This document shows positions 17,689 through 28,427 of a stretch of DNA of 40,708 nucleotides, one piece after another (positions within the stretch are counted from its first letter, which is position 1; each line of letters begins with the position of its first letter). This stretch comes from Deltaproteobacteria bacterium (GTDB lineage Bacteria > SAR324 > NAC60-12): the NCBI GenBank assembly GCA_038150265.1, contig JAYOTF010000030.1, positions 1 through 40,708 on the forward strand, given 5' to 3'. A model generated the notes under the pieces. The model did not search any database. It was not told the DNA's origin and saw only the letters and a list, made by a program, of their open reading frames with translations. The position numbers and the translations under genes were made by a program.

Positions 17689-18579
17689 ATGCAGCGCCTG
17701 CTCAACATCCTCGTGATTGACTCCGTTCGGGAGTTGATCCGCTACAAATCCTTTTTCCTGCTCGTCGCGGTTCTGATCATCCTCGACCGCCTGCTCAAGG
17801 CGTCCCTCGGCGGCGGCACCCCCCATTGGCTCAAGCCAACCAACCGTGAATTTCAGGCGCTTGCCTCCTGGACCTTCGATGAGCTTCCGGGGCTCCTGAC
17901 CGACTTGCTGCTGGATTGGCGAACGCTGGCGGTGCTGGCGGTGCTGTTTGCGTTCAAGGAATTGACGTCGATGTGGCCGTCGAGCGACATGCGGCTCATG
18001 CACCGAGAAGAAGGAGGCCGCTGGCACCTCCTGAGCGCCCTGCAGCGCATCCGCTGGGAACAGGTGGCGTGGGATGCGCTGGCCATCAGTACGGTGGTGG
18101 GAATTGGGGGGCTGTGGACCGGAATTGGCTACGTCGCCGGGTGGGGATGGTGGCAGAGCGCAGCCAACCCAATGGCGTTGCTGCTGCCGGCGGCGTTTGC
18201 CGGACTCTACTGGCCCCTGGGCATGGCCGGGTTTTCGTATTCCTCGAAGCTGGCGGTGCTGCAGCACCCGACTTTTGCCCAGAAGCGCTTCCTGCTCTGG
18301 CGCCTGCTCCTCGATGGCCGGGTCCGGACGTGGTCGTGGCTGTTTTACCTCGCACGGCTGGTGCTGTCGGCCATCTTTGTGATCATCATTCCGCTGGGCG
18401 CCCTGCTGACCCTGGAAAATCCGGTGTTGCGGATTCTGATTGCCAGCCTCTCTTCAGCGCCTGTTTACTCCTACGTCAAGATGGCGTCCTTCAAGTTCTT
18501 CCTGGAGGTCTACCGCCCGTTTCCGGAGGTTCGGGAAGAATACGCGGACTACTACGACCGGGTTCCGGGCGTCGAGTAA
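17689..18579 (+). CDS. Hypothetical polytopic membrane protein
   Basis: 296 aa with about 5-6 hydrophobic segments. Starts 3 nt after the tricorn stop. Confidence 0.75.
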   Translation: MQRLLNILVIDSVRELIRYKSFFLLVAVLIILDRLLKASLGGGTPHWLKPTNREFQALASWTFDELPGLLTDLLLDWRTLAVLAVLFAFKELTSMWPSSDMRLMHREEGGRWHLLSALQRIRWEQVAWDALAISTVVGIGGLWTGIGYVAGWGWWQSAANPMALLLPAAFAGLYWPLGMAGFSYSSKLAVLQHPTFAQKRFLLWRLLLDGRVRTWSWLFYLARLVLSAIFVIIIPLGALLTLENPVLRILIASLSSAPVYSYVKMASFKFFLEVYRPFPEVREEYADYYDRVPGVE

Positions 18580-18629
18580 GCGACGGATTCAGAAGGGGAC
18601 AGAGGGGGACGAGGAAGAAAGGAGGGGAA

Positions 18630-18653
18630 TCCGGGAAGCGAGGGCCTCCCGGA
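18630..18653. terminator. Hairpin between convergent genes (probable nuoM terminator)
   Basis: TCCGGGAAGC-GAGG-GCCTCCCGGA. A pyrimidine-rich tract follows on the minus strand. Confidence 0.45.
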
Positions 18654-18670
18654 AGAGAGGCTCAACGGGT

Positions 18671-20227
18671 TCAGCGCTTGGCGCTCAACCACCAGACATC
18701 CGATTGCTGAGACGCATCTTCTGCGAAGCGAGGCTCCTGAGACTTGATCTGCTCGATGTAGTGATTCACGCTCAGCTCAATGCGGTCAAAGAACGGCTGC
18801 GGGTACACACCCAGATAAATCGCCCAGAACACCAGCGGCACCAACACCACCACCTCCCGGAGGTTGAGGTCCTGCAGGTTCTTCACCATGTCCTTGACCA
18901 GCGGACCAAAGACCACCCGCTGCACCATCCACAGCATGTAGATCGCCGCGACCACGACTCCGGACGCTGCCAGGATGCCGTACCAGATGTTGACCTGTGC
19001 GGCTCCAATCATCGTCAGCACCTCTCCCACGAAGCCGTTCAGTCCGGGAACGCCCACAGACGCCATTGAGAAGAAGACGAGGAAGACGGCAAAACGAGGC
19101 ATCGTGTGCGCCACTCCGCCGTAGTCGACGATCTCTTGCGTGTGCGTGCGCTCGTAGATCATGCCGACGGTGAGGAAGAGCGCGCCGGTGACAATGGCGT
19201 GGTTGATCATCTGAATCCAGCTTCCCGAAATGCCCTGCTCATTGAGCGCAAACAGCCCGAGCATGATGTAGCCCATGTGCGCCACAGAGGAGTAGGCGAT
19301 CAGCTTCTTGATCTTCTCCTGCACCATTGCGACCAGTCCCCCGTAGAGGATGCCAGCAATGGAGAGGATCATGATGGCTGGAGCCAACTCGTACACCGCC
19401 GTCGGGAAGACCGGCATGGCAAAGCGCAGGAAGCCGTAGGGGCCGAGCTTCAGCAGAACAGCAGCCAGTTGCACGGAGCCGGCAGTGGGCGCCTCGTAGT
19501 GCGCATCCGGAAGCCAGGTGTGCAGTGGAAAGAGGGGCACCTTCACGGCAAAGGCAACGGCAAAGCCCAGGAACAGCCAGTACTGCTCCTGCGCCGAGAT
19601 GCCCATGCCGTACCAGTCGAAGATGTTGAAGGACCACCGACCGGTGAGGTCGTGGTGCAACGCCGCAGTGTACAGCAGGGCTGCCAGCATCATCAGCGAG
19701 CCCACCATGGTGTAGATGAAGAACTTCATGGTGGCGTAAAGCCGGTTGTGTCCGCCCCAGATGCCAATCAGGAAGTACATCGGCACCAGCGTCACCTCAA
19801 AGAACACGTAGAAGAGGATCACATCGACCGCGGCAAAACACCCCAGCATGCCAATCTGCAGCAGGAGCATCTGGATCTGAAACTGCCAGGGCCGGTCCGA
19901 AACGTTCCAGGCACCCAGCAGAGCCAGTGGCGTCATGAACGTGACGATGAGGATGAAGAAGAAATTCAGTCCATCCACTCCCAGGAAGTACTCAATGCCA
20001 AACGAAGGGATCCAGGGCACCTGCTCCACAAATTGCAGCTCAATGCTTCCCGCATCGTAGCCAAACCAGACAAACAGGCTGATCCCAAAAGTCAGAACGC
20101 TGCTCAACAACGCCCCCACCTTGGCAGGAGTCCCATTGCCCGAATCGCGGAACAGGGCGGCCAGTGCGATTCCCAATAGGGGAGAGAAGATGATCAGGGA
20201 CAGAACGGGAAAGGACATAGTTTCCAT
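18671..20227 (-). CDS. nuoM: NADH-quinone oxidoreductase subunit M (antiporter-like subunit)
   Basis: WIPSFGIEYFLGVDG, FYVFFEVTLVPMYFLIGIWG, KFFIYT, AFAVKVPLFPLHTWLPDAHYEAPT, LLKLGPYG, IAYSSVAHMG, PGLNGFVGE. Confidence 0.93.
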   Translation of the reverse strand: METMSFPVLSLIIFSPLLGIALAALFRDSGNGTPAKVGALLSSVLTFGISLFVWFGYDAGSIELQFVEQVPWIPSFGIEYFLGVDGLNFFFILIVTFMTPLALLGAWNVSDRPWQFQIQMLLLQIGMLGCFAAVDVILFYVFFEVTLVPMYFLIGIWGGHNRLYATMKFFIYTMVGSLMMLAALLYTAALHHDLTGRWSFNIFDWYGMGISAQEQYWLFLGFAVAFAVKVPLFPLHTWLPDAHYEAPTAGSVQLAAVLLKLGPYGFLRFAMPVFPTAVYELAPAIMILSIAGILYGGLVAMVQEKIKKLIAYSSVAHMGYIMLGLFALNEQGISGSWIQMINHAIVTGALFLTVGMIYERTHTQEIVDYGGVAHTMPRFAVFLVFFSMASVGVPGLNGFVGEVLTMIGAAQVNIWYGILAASGVVVAAIYMLWMVQRVVFGPLVKDMVKNLQDLNLREVVVLVPLVFWAIYLGVYPQPFFDRIELSVNHYIEQIKSQEPRFAEDASQQSDVWWLSAKR

Positions 20228-20346
20228 AGAAGGCTTGTCTCAGAAGCGTTGAAGGCGCCGCGGCTCATTCAGTGAAAAAACCTAGTCAAAATAGGGGAAG
20301 CGTCCTCCCAAAGCAAGACGTTTCCAAGGCGAGGCCTCGCCCTTTC

Positions 20347-20396
20347 TTGACATCCCAAAGAGCTGGTGCTATTTCTTGGACCCCAAAACGTTTTGG
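20347..20396 (+). promoter_or_regulatory. Promoter of the LacI gene with a LacI-type operator
   Basis: TTGACA (20347-20352), 17 nt, then a weak TGc-TATTTC. Perfect palindrome CCAAAACGTTTTGG (20383-20396) with the central CG typical of LacI/GalR operators. Confidence 0.65.
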
Positions 20397-20446
20397 ACAC
20401 CCGCTGTGTCCTCGGTTGGCACGGGCCCTCTCTTATACCACCTCAG

Positions 20447-21532
20447 ATGTCCACGAATCTCAAGCAGTTGGCCAAATTGCTGGGCCTTTCCACCACCACC
20501 GTGTCTCGCGCCCTGGCGGGGTATCCGGATGTGAGTGAGGTCACACGACGGCGGGTCCGTGCGGAAGCCAAGGCGCATGGCTACCAGCCCAACCCCGTTG
20601 CCCGGAGGCTTCAGAAGGGGCGCACCGAGGCCATTGGCATCATCCTGCCTCCTGGTCAGAACTACTTCAGCGACACCTTCTTCACAGAGCTGCTGGGCGG
20701 CATCAGCGAGACCATGGCGATCAAGGAGCATGACCTCGTGCTAACGGTTGCCTCTGACATGGAGAACGAAAGCCAGGCCATGCGACGCATGGTCGAAGGC
20801 AAGCGGGTGGACGGTGTCATCCTGGTGCAGTCTCGGTTGGACGACCCTCGCATCCGCTACCTGCAGGAGCAGCAGTTTCCCTTTGTCGTGTACGGGCGGA
20901 CAGAAAGCGAGACCCCCTATGCGTTCATTGACGTCAATGGCACCCGCGCCTTCCGGGAGGCCACAGACTTCCTCATTGAACTCGGGCACCGCCGCATTGC
21001 GCTCATCAACGGCCCCAGCGTTTTCTACTTTCCCAAGTGCTGCGCAGCAGGGTACCGTCAGGCCCTCCAGGCGGCTCAGATCGAATGGGACGACTCCCTG
21101 GTGTGCAGCACTCAGGGCACCTCTCCTGACAACGGCGGCTACCTCCACACCCTTGAGCTGATGCGGCTTCCGGATCCTCCCACCGGCCTGCTGTGCTTCA
21201 CGGAAGCCGCACCGGGCGTGTTCCGAGCGCTCAGCCAACTCAACCTGCAGGCGGGCCAGGATGTCTCGGTGATCGGGTACGATGACCTTGAGCTCGCACG
21301 CTACAGCGCTCCGCCCCTCACCACCTTGCGCCCTCCTGTCCGGGAAATCGGACGACGGCTGATTGAAATCCTCATTTCCCTCATTGGCGGCGGACTCCCG
21401 GAAAATTTCCAGGAAATCCGGGAGGCCCACCTGACCTTTCGGCAATCCACAGGAGTCGGTCCACGCCAGCGCTCGTTCAACCTTCCGGCCTCCCCTTCTT
21501 CCTCCAAACCGGATTCCACCATGAGCCCATAA
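20447..21532 (+). CDS. LacI-family transcriptional regulator
   Basis: NLKQLAKLLGLSTTTVSRALAGYPDVS HTH, YQPNPVARRL hinge, sugar-binding domain with DVSVIGYDD and PPLTT. Confidence 0.93.
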   Translation: MSTNLKQLAKLLGLSTTTVSRALAGYPDVSEVTRRRVRAEAKAHGYQPNPVARRLQKGRTEAIGIILPPGQNYFSDTFFTELLGGISETMAIKEHDLVLTVASDMENESQAMRRMVEGKRVDGVILVQSRLDDPRIRYLQEQQFPFVVYGRTESETPYAFIDVNGTRAFREATDFLIELGHRRIALINGPSVFYFPKCCAAGYRQALQAAQIEWDDSLVCSTQGTSPDNGGYLHTLELMRLPDPPTGLLCFTEAAPGVFRALSQLNLQAGQDVSVIGYDDLELARYSAPPLTTLRPPVREIGRRLIEILISLIGGGLPENFQEIREAHLTFRQSTGVGPRQRSFNLPASPSSSKPDSTMSP

Positions 21533-21633
21533 AAGGTTGATTTTTTTCGCCGCTTCCCGCATGTTTTTTGGGAAGGGCCTCCCCCCAAGCCTTCCCCAAC
21601 ATGACACATACTTTATCTTGAATCGAGGAGATC

Positions 21634-22728
<1,095 letters not shown>

Positions 22729-22752
22729 CCCTTCTTCGTGTTGCGAGGGAAC

Positions 22753-23757
22753 ATGATGCACCCTGGCCCACGCAACAGCCTCACCGATGTTCCCGGCCTT
22801 CGGGTCGGGAATGCCGAATCTCATGACCTCCTCAGCGGGGTCACCGTTGTCCTTCCGGAACAGCCAGCGGTTGCGGCCGTTGACTGCCGTGGAGGGGGGC
22901 CGGGTACCCGCGAAACTGACGCCCTTCAGCCGGAAAACCTGGTGGAAGTCGTCCACGCCATTGTTCTCAGTGGTGGCTCGGCGCTGGGGCTGGAAGCGGC
23001 CAACGGAGTCGCCCACTGGCTCCGGGAGCAAGGACGTGGCTTCCCGGTGGGCGCCGGTCAGGTGGTGCCAATTGTGCCGTCCGCCATCCTCTTTGACCTC
23101 ACCAACGGTGGCGACAAAACCCTCCTTCAGGAACAGGTTTACGCTCAGTTGGCGCGTCAGGCGGCTCACGCGTCCGGGCTCGATTTTGAGCTGGGAACCG
23201 CTGGGGCCGGAACAGGGGCCAAAGCCGGAACCCTCAAGGGGGGACTGGGAACCGCCTCCCTCGTTCACGACTCCGGATGGGTAGTTGGGGCCCTCGCAGC
23301 AGCCAACCCGTTTGGCTCCGTGACGCTTCCCGGACGTCCGGAGTTCTGGGCCTGGCCCTTTGAGCGTCAGGGAGAACTGGGCGGGCGACGTCCTCCGGCT
23401 CCAACCGAAGAGTTGGAGTTGGACTACGACTTCGAGAGCCCGTTTCGGGAGGGCGCCAATACGACGCTGTGTGTGGTGGGCACCAATGCCCGGTTGACCC
23501 GGGCGCAGGCCAAACGGGTGGCCATCATGGCTCAGGACGGCTTTGCACGAGCCATTCGTCCGGTCCATACGCCTTTCGATGGAGACACCGTCTTTGTGTT
23601 GGCGACCGGGGAGCAGGCGCTGGGAGAGTTTCCGGCGCTCGATGTGGGACGTCTGGGGCTGATGGCCGCCGACTGCGTGGCCCGGGCAATTGCCCGGGGC
23701 GTGTATGAGGCCACCTCCGCCGGCATCTGGACCAGCTATCAGGATACCTTCTCATGA
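22753..23757 (+). CDS. DmpA/P1-family (S58) aminopeptidase
   Basis: NSLTDVPGLRVG, RGGGPGTRETD, LSGGSALGL, GAGTGA, GGLGTAS, NTT, HTPFDGDTVF. Confidence 0.9.
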   Translation: MMHPGPRNSLTDVPGLRVGNAESHDLLSGVTVVLPEQPAVAAVDCRGGGPGTRETDALQPENLVEVVHAIVLSGGSALGLEAANGVAHWLREQGRGFPVGAGQVVPIVPSAILFDLTNGGDKTLLQEQVYAQLARQAAHASGLDFELGTAGAGTGAKAGTLKGGLGTASLVHDSGWVVGALAAANPFGSVTLPGRPEFWAWPFERQGELGGRRPPAPTEELELDYDFESPFREGANTTLCVVGTNARLTRAQAKRVAIMAQDGFARAIRPVHTPFDGDTVFVLATGEQALGEFPALDVGRLGLMAADCVARAIARGVYEATSAGIWTSYQDTFS

Positions 23758-23960
23758 CTCATGAACTGTGGGGGGTGTTCCACCTCTTGCCCAACGGAAC
23801 TCCCGCCCGTGAACCTCGGGTCCTCTGCACTTCCGAAGAACTGGCCCAGCGCGAGGCCCAGCGCTTCAGCAACACCCAGGTGGCGCCTTACACGCGTCCT
23901 GTTCCGGAGGCAAACGCTCCGGACTCCAGCCAGCCTCCTCTCTTCAGCGAAGGCGCCTAG
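23754..23960 (+). CDS. Small hypothetical protein (68 aa)
   Basis: ATGA overlap with the dmpA-like stop. Fills the gap to the convergent TPR gene. Confidence 0.55.
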   Translation: MTHELWGVFHLLPNGTPAREPRVLCTSEELAQREAQRFSNTQVAPYTRPVPEANAPDSSQPPLFSEGA

Positions 23961-26900
23961 CTCTTTTCCGGAGCCGCCGCCTTCTTCAGCTCATTGAGGT
24001 AGTTTTCAATCTCCTGGGCACGCTGCCTGGCGTTTGCCTGAAAGCCCTGGGTGCTGGCCGATTCCGGAGCCTGCACGACCACCTGATACTGCTGCAGCGC
24101 CGCTTCCCACTGCTCCTGCATCTGGAGCACCTGAGCCAGCTGGAAGTGCAGCTCAACGTAGTAGCGTGAGCTCTTCGGAATGTCGCGACGCACCGTCTCC
24201 TGCAGGCGCAAGCGTGCGGCATCCAGCTTCTCCGCCTGAGACTCCAGCACAGAAGCCGACAGCACGGCAAAGAGCTCCTGATCGCTCACTCCGCCCTCAT
24301 CCACCTTCTCGTACCACGCCAGTGCCAGGTCCTTGCGGTTGAGTTTGTTCTGCAGCAGCAGCGCCAACTGGAGGCCATACTGACGCCGGACACTGGCCTG
24401 AGCCGGTTCTTTTTCCAAAAGGGTGTAAAGCGTGTCGTACAGCTCCGCCTTGCCCTGGGTGTAGCCCTCGTCCTCATAGAGACGCTCCAGCTGGCTGGCA
24501 ATGAACAGGCTCAGCCGAAGGTCGTCCGCTCCTGTTTTGGCAAGCGCCTGCTCATAGAGCGCCTTGGCCTTGCGGCGTCCTCCGACGGCTTCGACCTCCT
24601 TCGCCTGCTCCAGCAGCATTGGCACCGTGCCGGCCTGTTCCGGATTTTGTGCCTCATAAAGCGCATAGGCCCCCAGCACGCCTTCGCTGCGGGCCTTCCC
24701 GGTTTTTTGCTGCTCGGCAAACAGCAGGTTCTGGAAAAGCGCCTCATCGAGCTTCATGCGCCCCGCCTCCACCTCGGCCCGGATGGTCTCGCTGACCCCG
24801 GCCCAGTTTTCACTCTGAATCTCGGCATCCAGCAACAGCCGGATGGAAGCCGGGGTCCGCTCCCGTTTGCCGGACGTGAAGTCCTCACGCAGCCGTGTGA
24901 CGACCCCCACCCAGTCTTGCTGGTCAATGAGGGCCTGAAGTTCCTGATCCGACTGATTCTGACGGATCGCCTGCAGTTGTGTCTCCGCCTCACTGCGCAA
25001 GTTTGGAGCAGGAGCGGTTTCCACCTGCGTGGCGACCACCTGCTCATACGCGGCACTGGCAGCATCCCAGCGCATCTTCTTCTGATGCAAGGCGCCCATG
25101 CGGAACTGAACCCGAGCCACCCACAGTTCCGGAAGCTCCCGGGCTGCCAGATTCTGCAGTTGCTCGAGCGCTGCCTCATCCTGCCCAGCACGTTCCTGCA
25201 GCTGGCTCAGGGTCCAGGCCGCAGAAAGCTCCAGTTCGGAAATCCCTCCAGAGTCCGTCTTCTTCAGCCAGATCTCAGCACACCCCGAGGCCGTGAGGTG
25301 CTCCAGGCAGAGTTCCGCCAGGGTGTAGTGCGTCTGTCGCTGTTCCTCCGGAGTTTTCTGCAACGGCAGCAGCTCGTACTCATACAGCTGGGCCAGCAGG
25401 TCGTACCGTCCGGATTGGGAGTAGAGGTCAGCGAGCCGCCGGATGATGTCCTTTTGGACCTCCGGATCTTCAGCAAGTCGCAGGAGGTCCTTGTAGTGAC
25501 GCTCCAGGCGTTCCGGTTGGTTGAGCTGCTCCAGCACCTGGGCCCACTCCAGCAGCAGCTGCGGGTTTGAAAAGGTCACGGGTGCCAGGCGCTGCCAGAA
25601 CTGATAGGTCGCATCGGCCTGCTCCCACTGTCGGGTTTGCTTCAGGGCCTCAATCCAGAGCCGGAAGTCGTCTCCGGACAGCACATCGGATTCCTGCTCA
25701 AGGGCCAGCCGCATCTCTTCCGCCACATCGGCCCAGCGTTCCAGTTCCCGGAACGCCACCAGCCGCATCCGGAACGACTGGCGGGCATGAGGCGCCAGCC
25801 CCCGGATGGGCAGCAGGTCCTGAACCGCCGGCTCCCACTGCTTCTGACGGAAGCGACAGTCCCCTCGCAGGAAGAGCAGCTCGGCCCGCTGTGGGTGTGC
25901 TTCCGGAATGTCGGCGAGGCGCTGCTGCACCCCGGCACAGTCGTCCCGCTCATGGAGCAGAACCGCCAGCTGATACTGGCTTTGCTCGCGGTCGGCCTCG
26001 GTGGCATTGTCTGCCGAAGCCTGCTCCTCGAGCAGGCGCTGCTGCCCTGCCGCATCCCCCACCTGAATGTAGAGCCCCAGCAGCAGTTGCCGCAGATCCA
26101 CCCGGTTCTGATAAGCCGGATCCTGACGAGCCTGCTCATAGGCCTTGATGGCAGCAGCAGGATTCTCCTGTTGTTGCTGAAGCACCCCAACGGCATAAAA
26201 GGCATCGGCGCGGTGTTCTGTCGCACCACTCGCCAGGTAGGCCTGAAACTGCTCCAGCGCCTGCTGCGGCTGCTGGTTCTTCCGGTACAGGTGAGCAACT
26301 CGAAACCGGAGGGCCGAGTCGTTTTCACCAAGCTCAGATGCCAAGTAGGCCTCGTACGCGGCCAACGCCGGTTCCCACTCCTCGCGAAGCTCCCGGAGGG
26401 TCCCGAGCCGGAGATGGGCTGTTGCCGCAAATTCGGAGTCGCCGGTTGCCAGGTAGGCTTCATAATCGGCGATCAGCGGCTCGCTTGCTTCCGGAGGCAG
26501 GCTCTGGTTGCCGTTTTGGCTCAGCAGCAGGCGGTACCGAGCCTCTGCCTTCCGGAACATCGCCTTGGTGGCTTCCGGAGTCTCGGCATGCCGGGTGGTG
26601 ATTTCGTCGTAGAGCCGGATGGCTTCTCGCGGACGCTCCTGCTGAGCCTGCTTCACCGCGAGCCCCTGCAGGCGCTCGGCAACGGCTGAATCGTTTTCCG
26701 CCTCATTGAATTCCGCCCGCCACGCTTGCTCGGCAAAGGTCGGGTTATCAAGAGCAAACCACGACCACCCCAGCAGCGTCTTCCGCTCCTGCTCCGCCGG
26801 CGCCTCAAGGGGGCGAGCCTGCTCCAGGCGCTGGATGGCGTCTTGGTACTGCGCCAGGTCTGCTGCCTGGGCGGCTTGCAGGTAGCGCGACTTTCCACTC

Positions 26901-27340
26901 AGGAACCAGGCCCGTGCCCGCAAGGAGGAGGGGGGCTGATCCTTCAGCAGCTGGGCACTGGATGCGAGAACCGCGTCGTAGTCCTTCCGGGCCATCTGCA
27001 TCTCCATCACCTGCATCCGAGCCTGATGCCGCAGCGCTGCGTCCTGAGGCTGACCTTGCAGGAAGGCCTGATACGCTTCCAGGGCTTTTTCCGCATACCC
27101 CATCTGCTGGTAGGCATCGGCAAGGCGGTACTGGAGGATTTCCCGGTTGGGGTGCTCGGGATTTTCCCGGAGTGTGCACGCGGCATCTTCGGCAAAGGCG
27201 GACAGGTGGATGCCTTCGTCATAGAGCCCATTGAGCAGCTCCGCCTGCATCTCGGGCGGGAGCCCTCCTGTGATGGGACACGCGGCCCCGGCCGTCAGAG
27301 GAAGAAGGCACAGGGCCCACAGCAAGCTTGGAAGACGCAT
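23957..27340 (-). CDS. Large exported tetratricopeptide-repeat protein
   Basis: Signal peptide (MRLPSLLWALCLLPLTAGA) and many helical repeats of TPR type (A...Y..Y, F.LG/A). Confidence 0.85.
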   Translation of the reverse strand: MRLPSLLWALCLLPLTAGAACPITGGLPPEMQAELLNGLYDEGIHLSAFAEDAACTLRENPEHPNREILQYRLADAYQQMGYAEKALEAYQAFLQGQPQDAALRHQARMQVMEMQMARKDYDAVLASSAQLLKDQPPSSLRARAWFLSGKSRYLQAAQAADLAQYQDAIQRLEQARPLEAPAEQERKTLLGWSWFALDNPTFAEQAWRAEFNEAENDSAVAERLQGLAVKQAQQERPREAIRLYDEITTRHAETPEATKAMFRKAEARYRLLLSQNGNQSLPPEASEPLIADYEAYLATGDSEFAATAHLRLGTLRELREEWEPALAAYEAYLASELGENDSALRFRVAHLYRKNQQPQQALEQFQAYLASGATEHRADAFYAVGVLQQQQENPAAAIKAYEQARQDPAYQNRVDLRQLLLGLYIQVGDAAGQQRLLEEQASADNATEADREQSQYQLAVLLHERDDCAGVQQRLADIPEAHPQRAELLFLRGDCRFRQKQWEPAVQDLLPIRGLAPHARQSFRMRLVAFRELERWADVAEEMRLALEQESDVLSGDDFRLWIEALKQTRQWEQADATYQFWQRLAPVTFSNPQLLLEWAQVLEQLNQPERLERHYKDLLRLAEDPEVQKDIIRRLADLYSQSGRYDLLAQLYEYELLPLQKTPEEQRQTHYTLAELCLEHLTASGCAEIWLKKTDSGGISELELSAAWTLSQLQERAGQDEAALEQLQNLAARELPELWVARVQFRMGALHQKKMRWDAASAAYEQVVATQVETAPAPNLRSEAETQLQAIRQNQSDQELQALIDQQDWVGVVTRLREDFTSGKRERTPASIRLLLDAEIQSENWAGVSETIRAEVEAGRMKLDEALFQNLLFAEQQKTGKARSEGVLGAYALYEAQNPEQAGTVPMLLEQAKEVEAVGGRRKAKALYEQALAKTGADDLRLSLFIASQLERLYEDEGYTQGKAELYDTLYTLLEKEPAQASVRRQYGLQLALLLQNKLNRKDLALAWYEKVDEGGVSDQELFAVLSASVLESQAEKLDAARLRLQETVRRDIPKSSRYYVELHFQLAQVLQMQEQWEAALQQYQVVVQAPESASTQGFQANARQRAQEIENYLNELKKAAAPEKS

Positions 27341-27346
27341 TACGGT

Positions 27347-27673
27347 TCAGGTTTCAGGGTGGAGGAGGCGCTGCAGGATCTGCTCGGCGTGAGCGGGATC
27401 CGGTTGGTCAAGGGCCACGGTCTTGAGGCGTGCATTTTGTCCCCGAATTACAGTAACCCGGGATTTCGGAACGGAAAAGCTCTTCGCCACCCACTCGATG
27501 CAGGCTTTGTTCGCCTTGCCCTCAACAGGGGGGGCATTCAGGCGGAGACGGATGCGATTTTCATGCAAGCCGGCCCACTCGGTACGGGCAGCGCGGGGCT
27601 GCACCTGCAGGTACAGCAGCAGGGTGGTCTGGTTCCAGGACCAGGGTTGGGGAGCAGTCGCGTCAGCAGTCAA
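27347..27673 (-). CDS. yggU: DUF167 / YggU family protein
   Basis: LQVQPRA, RLNAPPVEGKAN, VPKSRVTVIRGQNARLK. TTG start is uncertain. Confidence 0.88.
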   Translation of the reverse strand: MTADATAPQPWSWNQTTLLLYLQVQPRAARTEWAGLHENRIRLRLNAPPVEGKANKACIEWVAKSFSVPKSRVTVIRGQNARLKTVALDQPDPAHAEQILQRLLHPET

Positions 27674-27717
27674 GAGAGGTCAGGGGCACATTCGGGGAGC
27701 AGCGGATGAGAAAGCGC

Positions 27718-27746
27718 TTGCTCTCGGGTTTGAATTCCACTATAAA
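27718..27746 (+). promoter_or_regulatory. Sigma70-type promoter of rplC
   Basis: TTGCTC (27718-27723), 17 nt, TATAAA (27741-27746). Confidence 0.55.
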
Positions 27747-27788
27747 AGTGAGTTTGCTTTTATACTATTCTAGTGGAAACAGGCTGAC

Positions 27789-28412
27789 ATGATCAACGGA
27801 TTGCTTGCCCGCAAGGTCGGGATGACCCAAATTTTTGAGGAGGACGGCACCGTCATCCCCGTCACCGTATTGGAAGCGGGTCCCGTAACGGTGATTCAGA
27901 AGCGCACGGAAGAGAAAGACGGCATCAACCGCGCTCAGGTTGGATTTGAGCCGATTCCGGAGCGCAAGCTCAACAAGCCGATGAAGGGACACTTCAAGGG
28001 GCAGCCCGCCATGCGGTTCCTCAAGGAATTCCAGGTTGAAGACATCAACCAGGTTGAAGTCGGTCAGGTGTTTGATGTGTCTCTCTTCAATGCAGGGGAG
28101 AAGGTGAAGATCACAGGAAAGTCCAAGGGTCGTGGCTTCGCTGGCGTGGTCAAGCGTCACGGATTCGGCGGGTACCCGGCTTCTCACGGACACCGACGGG
28201 GCAAGCGCTCCACGGGTTCGATTGGCCAGTGCGCCTTCCCGGCACGCGTCTTCAAGGGCAAGAAAATGGCCGGCCAGTATGGCAACACCACCGTCACGGA
28301 GATTGGCCTGCAAGTGGTTCGGGTGATGCCGGAGCACAACGCGATCCTGATCAAGGGAGCCATCCCGGGTCCGAACGGGGGGCTGATCACCATTGCCAAG
28401 TCCACTCGCTGA
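27789..28412 (+). CDS. rplC: 50S ribosomal protein L3
   Basis: RKVGMTQIF, IPVTV, GKSKGRGFAGVVKRHGF, SHG, GSIGQ, RVFKGKKMAG, IKGAIPGPNG. Confidence 0.97.
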   Translation: MINGLLARKVGMTQIFEEDGTVIPVTVLEAGPVTVIQKRTEEKDGINRAQVGFEPIPERKLNKPMKGHFKGQPAMRFLKEFQVEDINQVEVGQVFDVSLFNAGEKVKITGKSKGRGFAGVVKRHGFGGYPASHGHRRGKRSTGSIGQCAFPARVFKGKKMAGQYGNTTVTEIGLQVVRVMPEHNAILIKGAIPGPNGGLITIAKSTR

Positions 28413-28427
28413 GGGACTCCCTGCTTG

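Noticed and set aside
20417..20432. TGGCACG as a sigma54 -24 element upstream of lacI
   Set aside because: No TTGC at the -12 position. A sigma70 -35 box is present instead.
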